From NCBI GenBank assembly GCA_049969615.1, contig JBMFOM010000019.1, forward strand, positions 1 through 23,891: a stretch of DNA of 23,891 nt, in the 5' to 3' direction. A program made the translations under genes and the position numbers. The notes beneath the pieces were generated by a model, which had not been told where the DNA came from, made no database searches, and was given only the letters and a program-made list of their open reading frames with translations. Origin of the DNA: a candidate division WOR-3 bacterium (GTDB lineage: Bacteria > Hydrothermota > Hydrothermia > JBDRYB01). This document shows, piece after piece, positions 18,301 through 23,891 of the stretch. Each line of letters begins with the position of its first letter. Within the stretch, counting starts at the first letter, position 1.

Positions 18301-18730
18301 GTGCATCCTCGCTGAGATGATCACAAACAACCTCGGAACAGAACCGCTTCTCCTACACGGCGGTATTCCGGTCTCTCAGAGGCAGGAGAGGGTGTCCATG
18401 TTCCAATCCGGAGAGGTCCCCGTGGCCATATTCACCCTAAAAACAGGAGGGGTCGGTCTCAACCTTGAGCGAGCAAGCCATGTGATCCATTTTGATCTCT
18501 GGTGGAATCCGGCCGTAGAAAGCCAAGCAACTGATAGGACTCACAGGATAGGTCAAACCAAAAAAGTTATGGTTCACAGGTTAATGACCAGGGGAACACT
18601 TGAGGAAAAGATAAATGACTTGCTCCTGAGCAAGAAGAAGCTGGCCGATGATATATTGGCCCATGGCGAGAAATACTTCACGGAGCTTTCGGATGGCGAG
18701 CTTCGGGATATACTCGCGCTCAGTGCTTGA
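15380..18730 (+). CDS. SWIM zinc finger-SNF2 family helicase fusion
   Basis: FGRTWWGQAW, NRLPRGRSYAR.G.V, SWIM CSCPDWANPCKH. SNF2 motifs LRPYQ.KG..WL, ADDMGLGKT, DEAQNIKN, TGTPIEN, LVFTQF, GGVGLNL, WWNPAVE.QATDR.HRIGQ. Start is ATG 15374 or 15380; the latter is 6 nt after TAATAT. Confidence 0.93.
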   Translation: MRDRFGRTWWGQAWINALENLGRHYANRLPRGRSYARGGNVLSVRILEDGLVVASVQGTMRTPYKVRISLRSLSKKETNNLARRVRENPFMLAELLSGKLPDGLGPLILPSREDEFETYCSCPDWANPCKHIAAVLYVLANEIDKDPFILFRLRGIEPEGFKQIVGTQRKPVSHQYIPADSIADPQKLRGDISGIDLSLNEETGEKLLAVLTRVPETLPQGIGDRFKRITLSARENLPEENVPPRDWQGIEVNFVIEDGDIFPLFHRRRMKHARGFPKTIYRTWVMLQALPDAPSLTDSAKFASIISRFAVSLIDSGHIMPMAAKRDGSLIIEWVPLILDRTERIFRQLSETCPPGMFPAKTGPGSPELYYAPDEGIRLFLTRVISEHIAKTVAKTAPFVLRFLASRESLALRRIEDEGFAAALESWLGAFALLKPGAPRLLFSLEPETSGMWVMSLKVRTASGVLPLRNALSEDVLRALHYISGFFPGVRELVDRGKIRIRQDQTLDLMTRTAPFIELAGGKILLPKSFVRLGQIKIKRRVKAKGRITGFLGLQDVVEFNWTVSVGKNEISLEEFERLVVDKLGLIRMGEDWVLVEPDELGRFLRRADRLKGGLPNMAALVAEEGIEKDRAILRFLEKLKKPSDYPLPKGLRAKLRPYQVKGFRWLVHNLMQGACPCIADDMGLGKTVQVISSLLYLLENGGLKKPALVVCPASLLHNWEREINRFAPSLSCQIYHGQDRRIRRDSSLVITTYGMVREDENIRKKRWSIVIVDEAQNIKNPQAQQTKMLKSIRSDFRIAMTGTPIENSLQDLWSIMDFLVPGYLGSWNSFYEKLARPIQKYGDSSRKELLRKAIAPLVLRRLKTDPGVAPDLPAKIEKDYFCPLTPEQASLYQALVERELSAIEGTEGIRRKGTILNLILKLKQICNHPSHFDHLAEPDPSRSGKTKALLPIIEEVISERESILVFTQFREMACILAEMITNNLGTEPLLLHGGIPVSQRQERVSMFQSGEVPVAIFTLKTGGVGLNLERASHVIHFDLWWNPAVESQATDRTHRIGQTKKVMVHRLMTRGTLEEKINDLLLSKKKLADDILAHGEKYFTELSDGELRDILALSA

Positions 18731-20213
18731 AATGCCTCGTCCCAGTCAAAACCATTGCTATGCCGTGCGCCCTTGCCGAGGTGATGACCTCCTCGTCCCT
18801 AACAGAGCCTCCGGGCTGAACAATTGCCTTTATGCCGTGTTTTGCGGCCAGTTCAACCGAATCCGGGAAGGGGAAAAAGGCATCCGACGCGAGAACAGCG
18901 CCCTTAGCCCCTTCTCCAGCCTGTCTGAGGGCTATCTCGGCACTACCGACCCTGTTCGGCTGGCCAGCGCCCACGCCCAGGGTTGTCATGTCCTTTGCCA
19001 CGACTATGGCATTTGAACGAACATGCTTGACGACCTTCCAGGCGAAGACTAGATCTTTCTCGGTTTCCACGTCAATTTCTCCGGAGACCGGCTCCCACTT
19101 CTCGTTCAGGATATCATCCGGCCCTTGGATGAGAATGCCCCCCAGGACGCTCCTCATTTGCCAGGATGGCTTTGCCTGGCCCTTTACCAGGAGCAAGCGC
19201 CTGTCCTTTTTCTTCTTGAGGATTTCCAAGGCCTCTGGCGCGAACTCCGGAGCCATCACTATCTCCGAGAAAAACGAGTTCAGTTTTTCCGCGACTACAG
19301 GGGTCAGCGGCCTGTTCAGTGCTATTATGCCCCCAAAGGCGGAGACCGGATCCGCCTCGTAGGCCGCGGCGAAGGCTTCTTCTATCTCGTTTCTAACCGC
19401 GACGCCACACGGGATCAGGTGTTTGACGATGATAGTGGCCGGCTCAGTGAACTCAATGAGGCACTCCCACGCGGCGGTCGCGTCCAGGACATTGTTGTAT
19501 GAGAGCTCCTTCCCCCAGAGCTGTTCCCAGGGCGGCCTTCCATAGTAGGCGGCCTTCTGGTGCGGGTTCTCTCCGTACCTGAGGCCCTGTACCAGTGGCT
19601 CGTGGATGAAGAGGTGTTCCGGCGTCTCGTCCGGCCTGAACCTTGCCCATAGCTCCCGATAAATGAACGAGTCGTATTCCGCGGTCCTGGCAAAGGCCTT
19701 GAGTGCGAGCCTCCTCTTCCCATTTTCGCAGAGACTCCCCCCATGTTTCCTGATTCCCTCCAGAACCCATTTATAATCATCCGGATCAACCACGACCATG
19801 ACTGACTCGTGGTTTTTCGCGGCGGCCCTGATGAGCGACGGCCCACCTATGTCTATCATCTCAACGAGCTCGGGGATATCCAGGTTTTTCGCCGCGGTTT
19901 CCTCAAACGGATAGAGGTTGACGCATACCAGATCAATCACGGGGATGTTGTGTTTCTCGGCCTCCGTGTCGTCAATTCCGCGCCTGAACAGGATGCCGCC
20001 GAATATCAGCGGTTGAAGGGTTTTTACCCTGCCGCCGAATACCTCTGGAAATCCAGCTATCTCGGAGACCTCTGCTACCTCAAGCCCGGCGTCCCTCAAG
20101 GCCTTCGCGGTTCCGCCGGTTGAGAGAAATCTGAACCCAAATTCCGAAAGGCCCCTGGCAAAGTCCGCAAGGCCACGCTTGTCCCAGACAGAGATGAGAG
20201 CGTATCTGGCCAT
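18720..20213 (-). CDS. purH: Bifunctional AICAR formyltransferase / IMP cyclohydrolase
   Basis: ALISVWDK, STGGTA, GGRVKTL, VNLYPF, IDIGGPSLIRAAAKN, LRYGENPHQ, GKELSYNN, KHVRSNAI, ASDAFFPF, TGTRHFKH. Start at ATG 20213. The 3' end overlaps the SNF2 gene by 11 nt. Confidence 0.97.
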   Translation of the reverse strand: MARYALISVWDKRGLADFARGLSEFGFRFLSTGGTAKALRDAGLEVAEVSEIAGFPEVFGGRVKTLQPLIFGGILFRRGIDDTEAEKHNIPVIDLVCVNLYPFEETAAKNLDIPELVEMIDIGGPSLIRAAAKNHESVMVVVDPDDYKWVLEGIRKHGGSLCENGKRRLALKAFARTAEYDSFIYRELWARFRPDETPEHLFIHEPLVQGLRYGENPHQKAAYYGRPPWEQLWGKELSYNNVLDATAAWECLIEFTEPATIIVKHLIPCGVAVRNEIEEAFAAAYEADPVSAFGGIIALNRPLTPVVAEKLNSFFSEIVMAPEFAPEALEILKKKKDRRLLLVKGQAKPSWQMRSVLGGILIQGPDDILNEKWEPVSGEIDVETEKDLVFAWKVVKHVRSNAIVVAKDMTTLGVGAGQPNRVGSAEIALRQAGEGAKGAVLASDAFFPFPDSVELAAKHGIKAIVQPGGSVRDEEVITSARAHGIAMVLTGTRHFKH

Positions 20214-20242
20214 AGGGAAATTATACCGCGCGAGCCTAGGCT
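20214..20242 (-). promoter_or_regulatory. Probable leaderless promoter (purH) with an upstream 10-bp palindrome
   Basis: GCGG-TATAAT(20220-20225)-TTCCCT-ATG; AGCCTAGGCT palindrome at 20233-20242. Confidence 0.6.
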
Positions 20243-20332
20243 TTTGCACTGGCTAATCCGTGGCCCTGCACCATGGATGCCTTAAATTGTCGGCACATAA
20301 GTGGTTGAGCGGCGGGCTACGGCAACCCCAGT

Positions 20333-21445
20333 ATGCTGGAAGTGGCTCCAAGCCATCCGCCAGCTCCAAAATATGCCGTGGTCAGGAAGCGCAGGAGAAA
20401 ACCGGGAGGTATCCTCCCGTTGATAGCGCTCTTTATTTTGCTTGGAGCGCTTGCAATCATTGTTTCCCCAGTAATCACGAGATTCTTACATCAGGTGGTT
20501 CCACCAAAACATCACGAAGGGCCATTCTGGGAGATATACTTCACGAGCCAGTGCCAGCCAGAGTTCAGGCTCGCTGAGCTGATCAGGGGCGCTAAGCGTG
20601 AGGTCCACATGGCCTTTTATGATCTGGACCACCCAGAGGTCATAAATGCCCTACTGGACAGGAAAGACGAGATTGAGATAAGTGTGGTGACTGAGACGGA
20701 TAATTCAGGCTCCTGGGGAGTATCCCGGCTCCGCGATGCAGGTATTCCACTGAAAACTGACAACAGGAACCCCCTGATGCACGACAAGTTCGCCATTATA
20801 GACGATTCGGTGATCTGGACTGGTAGTTATAACCTCACACAGCGCGGTTCGTCTCTCAATTACGACAACGCTATCGTTATTTTCGCGCCTAGCCTCGCTT
20901 CCAACTATGAGGCCGAGTTCCAGGAGATGTGGGATGGCTATTTCGGAGCCGGTTCCCCAAGGAACACGAATTGTTGCTTTATTATTGAAGGGGTGGAAAT
21001 AGAAAACTACTTCGCGCCTGAGGACGGTGTCTCCTGGCACATAATCTCTGAGATAAGCACGGCCAAGAAAGAGATAAGGTTCATGGTTTACTCGTTCACG
21101 GACAAATCCATTGCGGAATTACTCGTGGAGAAACACGGGGAAGGCTTGCCGGTTGAAGGAATCCTTAACAAGGATCAGGAACGCGATGAGAACTCTGTCT
21201 GGCGAATGTTAGCTGGAGCTGGAATCGCGGTCTATTTCCCCAAGAAGAAAACCCTGCACCACAAAGTCATTGTGATTGATTCCTCGGTTGTGATAACCGG
21301 TAGTTTCAATTTTACCAAATCCGCCAATACCAGGAACGACGAGAACATTCTGATAATCCATAGCCCTGAGTTCGCGAGGGCATACCTGGAGGAATACGAG
21401 CGGGTGAGATCAAGGTCAATCCCATCGGATATGGCGGAGAAATAA
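20333..21445 (+). CDS. Membrane-anchored phospholipase D-family protein with two Nuc-like HKD domains
   Basis: MHDKFAIID..IWTGSYN and LHHKVIVID..VITGSFNFT.SA..NDEN. Basic RKRRRK followed by a TM helix. The true start may be GTG 20378. Confidence 0.9.
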   Translation: MLEVAPSHPPAPKYAVVRKRRRKPGGILPLIALFILLGALAIIVSPVITRFLHQVVPPKHHEGPFWEIYFTSQCQPEFRLAELIRGAKREVHMAFYDLDHPEVINALLDRKDEIEISVVTETDNSGSWGVSRLRDAGIPLKTDNRNPLMHDKFAIIDDSVIWTGSYNLTQRGSSLNYDNAIVIFAPSLASNYEAEFQEMWDGYFGAGSPRNTNCCFIIEGVEIENYFAPEDGVSWHIISEISTAKKEIRFMVYSFTDKSIAELLVEKHGEGLPVEGILNKDQERDENSVWRMLAGAGIAVYFPKKKTLHHKVIVIDSSVVITGSFNFTKSANTRNDENILIIHSPEFARAYLEEYERVRSRSIPSDMAEK

Positions 21446-21704
21446 GGCTTTCAGTGATCATAGACCCGGCACAAGTAACCTAGTGCCGAAATTTTGCCCC
21501 ATGATCCCTGGGATCCCCTATCAATAAACGAATTGAGAAAAATGAGGTGTCAGAGTTGGTTTGGACTATTGCGGCCCCAAAATCTGGCCACACTCCCTGA
21601 TGGATATATTCGTTGATCTCACCTGCTATGCGCGCGACAGTTCCTCTCTCCGTGTCCTTTATGTTTGACTCCTTCAAAGCCTGAAAATTATAAAGCACTC
21701 AGGC

Positions 21705-22400
21705 TCATTTCTTCCTTATGCTCACCTTGCCCGCGCAACACCGGATGGTTGCCTGGGGCGCGGATGGGTCTTCCAGGCCTCTATCAACGAAAACCCCGCC
21801 GGCGTTCACCTCTTCCCTGATTACGCGCATTTTTCTTTCGCCGGGCACCAGAAGCTCCAGCTTTCCCGCGTTCACCTCAAGTTCCAACGGCCCCGGCTCA
21901 GGGGTGAGCGTTATTTCGGTCTTGCCCGCGCTACAGGAGATCACGCCCTCCCTCATGCCACGGAGCTCGGCCTTGCCAGCGGAACATGTCAGGTTTGTCA
22001 CTGGCGGAACCTCCCCTTCGGCCTTGCTGGCAGATAACTCAAGCGTAAGCCTCGTTGTTGATGGGAGATGAATCCTCGCCCTGGCCATGTTTATTTCCAG
22101 TCCTCTCGCGGTTTCCTCAACTGAACCCAGATCCTCAAGCCATGCCTCCACCTTGATCTTGTCCTCCTGCCATAGCCTCAACTCGGCCCTTGATGCGGAT
22201 ATGGCGAGCATGAGGTCCTCCCTTCCTAGCAATTCCCTTTCCACATACTCAGCCCTGACCCTCCTCCCGAAAGAGATGCCGACCCCAGCCTTGTTGGCGA
22301 AGTGATGGGTTTCCAGCAAGGAGAGAAGGCGTTCGGCCTCCTCCGCGCTCAGCTTGCCCTGCTCAACCATACGGAGGATTATGAGGATTTCCTCTCTCAT
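21705..22400 (-). CDS. SHOCT-like N-terminal domain plus DUF4097/Toastrack-like beta-repeat protein
   Basis: ILRMVEQGKLSAEEAERLL followed by repeats (ISASRAEL, LSASKAEG, CSAGKAEL, CSAGKTEI, VNAGKLEL, VNAGGVFV, CCAGKVSI). Confidence 0.75.
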   Translation of the reverse strand: MREEILIILRMVEQGKLSAEEAERLLSLLETHHFANKAGVGISFGRRVRAEYVERELLGREDLMLAISASRAELRLWQEDKIKVEAWLEDLGSVEETARGLEINMARARIHLPSTTRLTLELSASKAEGEVPPVTNLTCSAGKAELRGMREGVISCSAGKTEITLTPEPGPLELEVNAGKLELLVPGERKMRVIREEVNAGGVFVDRGLEDPSAPQATIRCCAGKVSIRKK

Positions 22401-22401
22401 A

Positions 22402-22680
22402 TCATTCCCCCCTCATCCTGCGTTCGGCTTCCTCCGCTGTTATCTTCCCTTCCTCAAGGTCCTTCAGGATCTCGGCCCTGTTCACCCTCCTCACGGTGGG
22501 CCTTCTCCTGATTGCCCGTCTGGTTCTCCTGACTATCTCGCCTATGAGGCCGAGGGTTCCCAGGACTATCAATATCCAGGGCCAGTCTCGGCCCCAGTTC
22601 CAGTTCAGGATGCCCATGTTAGCGAGCCATATCAGCACACCTGACGCGATCAGAACCAGCGCAGTCCATATCCCTATCAT
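22402..22680 (-). CDS. Two-TM LiaF/LiaI (DUF5668)-like protein with a C-terminal SHOCT-like domain
   Basis: ALVLIASGVLIWLANMG..WPWILIVLG and RAEILKDLEEGKITAEEAERRM. GGAGG at 22687-22691 favours ATG 22680 over TTG 22686. Confidence 0.8.
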   Translation of the reverse strand: MIGIWTALVLIASGVLIWLANMGILNWNWGRDWPWILIVLGTLGLIGEIVRRTRRAIRRRPTVRRVNRAEILKDLEEGKITAEEAERRMRGE

Positions 22681-22682
22681 TA

Positions 22683-23054
22683 TCAACCTCCTCGCTCAAC
22701 CCTTATTATGACGGTCTCGCCATCTTCGCCCTCAACCCTGAGGATCTCTCCTTCGGACTCTTCGTCTATGGTAGAGAGCAACTCCTCCAGGTTCAGGTCC
22801 ATGCCGTTTATTGTGGCCCTGGTGCCAGCAGGGATGAAGCGGCCCGCGGCCCTCAGAAGCCCCACCGGGAGCTTTATATTGATTTTCTTCTCCTCGTTCG
22901 GATCCTCCACATGGATGAGCACATACCTACCCTTGCTGGTTGGCCGTGGGGCTTCGCCGGTGTCCCCAAGGGCATCCAGAAGCCTCGCGGCTTCCTCTGC
23001 GTTTATCTTTCCCTCGGCCAGCATTTCCAGTATCCTCTTTCTCTCTTCTTTCAT
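22683..23054 (-). CDS. SHOCT-like domain protein (YvlB-N / DUF2089-operon type)
   Basis: MKEERKRILEMLAEGKINAEEAARLLDAL, then IHVED..KINIKLPVGL..GEILRVEGEDGETVIIRVE. SD GGAGG at 23060-23064. Confidence 0.85.
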   Translation of the reverse strand: MKEERKRILEMLAEGKINAEEAARLLDALGDTGEAPRPTSKGRYVLIHVEDPNEEKKINIKLPVGLLRAAGRFIPAGTRATINGMDLNLEELLSTIDEESEGEILRVEGEDGETVIIRVERGG

Positions 23055-23078
23055 CTTGACCTCCGAGCTAGTCCGAAT

Positions 23079-23111
23079 ATTATAACCGAAAGCTCATGGA
23101 TTGTCAAGGGG
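23079..23111 (-). promoter_or_regulatory. Perfect-consensus sigma70 promoter of the SHOCT operon
   Basis: Minus-strand CCCC-TTGACA (23102-23107), 17-nt spacer, TATAAT (23079-23084). An AT-rich tract lies upstream. Confidence 0.85.
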
Positions 23112-23228
23112 TAGTTGCGTAATTATAAAATTATTTTTTGAAAAACTGGATAATCAGACACAATTCTTGAATTTACCGCACCTTTCGCTTTGTGAGCGCA
23201 TTGGGGTCTAATCGTGCGGAGGGTATTG

Positions 23229-23762
23229 CTAGCCCTCCATCAGGATTATCTCGTCCCGCCCATCGGTCTCCCTGAACTTAACCTCCACGACCTCGTGGCC
23301 AAGGGTCTTGACCTGAAAACCGGTATAATCCGGGCATATCGGGAGCTCGCGCCATCCCCTATCAACAAGGACACAGAGGCGAAGCGCGGCGAAACGGCCG
23401 AAATCCAGGAGCTCGTCCATTGCGGCCCTCACCGTCCTTCCCGTGTAAAGGACATCATCACAAAGTATGACCGTCTTGTCCTCTATCTGGAAGGGGATGT
23501 GGCTCCCTTTTACCATTGGCATCTCCGAGACCTTGGTCAGGTCATCTCTGTAGAATGTGATGTCCAGCTGTCCCACTTTGATCGGCTTGCCGGTTTTTTC
23601 CTCAAGCATCGCGGCTATTCTCTGCGCGAGGGGAACCCCCCTGGTCTTTATTCCAACGAACACTGCCTCGGAGAGGTCTTCCCTCTCGGCGATCTCTGAT
23701 GCGAGCCGTTCTATTGTTCTCTGCATGCCTGCCTCATCGGCTATGTTTTTGGCGACGCTCAT
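23229..23762 (-). CDS. pyrR: PyrR, pyrimidine attenuation regulator / uracil phosphoribosyltransferase
   Basis: RLASEIAE, VGIKTRGVPLA, LDITFYRDD, DDVLYTGRTVRAAMD, LVDRG.RELPI.PDY.G, ETDG.D. Start at ATG 23762. Confidence 0.95.
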   Translation of the reverse strand: MSVAKNIADEAGMQRTIERLASEIAEREDLSEAVFVGIKTRGVPLAQRIAAMLEEKTGKPIKVGQLDITFYRDDLTKVSEMPMVKGSHIPFQIEDKTVILCDDVLYTGRTVRAAMDELLDFGRFAALRLCVLVDRGWRELPICPDYTGFQVKTLGHEVVEVKFRETDGRDEIILMEG

Positions 23763-23780
23763 GCCGAAATTATAACCCAC
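23763..23780 (-). promoter_or_regulatory. -10 element of a probable leaderless promoter (pyrR)
   Basis: GTGGGT-TATAAT(23769-23774)-TTCGGC-ATG. Confidence 0.65.
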
Positions 23781-23891
23781 TTTGAGCCTGTCCCAAAACT
23801 ATTGCCTCCGTATAGTGATCCTTCACCCGGCTGGCCTCTAGCTGGCCCCTGATTGACCACTTGCCTTATTCTCTGGGTATGAAGGAGAGGA

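Noticed and set aside
15380-21445. SNF2 plus PLD as a DISARM-like or other defence system
   Set aside because: They are separated by an oppositely oriented purH, the PLD is membrane-anchored, and no methylase or other defence genes are nearby.
21692-21718. CIRCE-like half-site AAAGCACTC
   Set aside because: The second arm (GAGTGCTAA after 9 nt) is absent.
23800-23891. Possible 3' end of an upstream minus-strand gene, or a PyrR attenuator
   Set aside because: Too little sequence to call, and I recognise no PyrR-binding loop or terminator.
1-23891. CRISPR arrays, tRNA/rRNA genes, transposases or integrases
   Set aside because: No regularly spaced repeats, cloverleafs or DDE/tyrosine/serine recombinase motifs were seen, and the intergenic gaps are all short.

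Overview
A 23.9-kb, gene-dense chromosomal window from a diderm bacterium (Omp85/BamA-like, LptA-like, LptB and LptC genes). Frequent AGG and ATA codons hint at a thermophile, possibly a candidate phylum; this is inference only. Gene content is mostly housekeeping: a TPR lipoprotein-HNH-Omp85 operon, aroE-aroKB, an atypical Hsp100/Clp ATPase, lptA-like/lptB divergent from accD-lipoprotein-lptC, a CPBP intramembrane protease, a SWIM-SNF2 helicase fusion, purH, a two-HKD PLD protein, a three-gene SHOCT-like operon and pyrR. I found no rRNA, tRNA, CRISPR array, transposase or integrase. Four signals stand out. (1) The Hsp100 gene is bracketed by three copies of a GAAACCC(A/C)TGAAAAAT motif; two form a 27/31-nt inverted repeat, and the downstream copy contains the gene's stop codon. 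(2) The Hsp100 protein has an inserted N-domain, a short M-domain and no ClpP-docking loop, resembling stand-alone disaggregases. (3) Seven genes have a TANNNT hexamer exactly 6 nt before the start codon, implying widespread leaderless mRNAs. (4) The Hsp100 and SHOCT-operon promoters share a 16/19-nt extended -35 element. All family calls come from motif recognition by eye; no searches were run.
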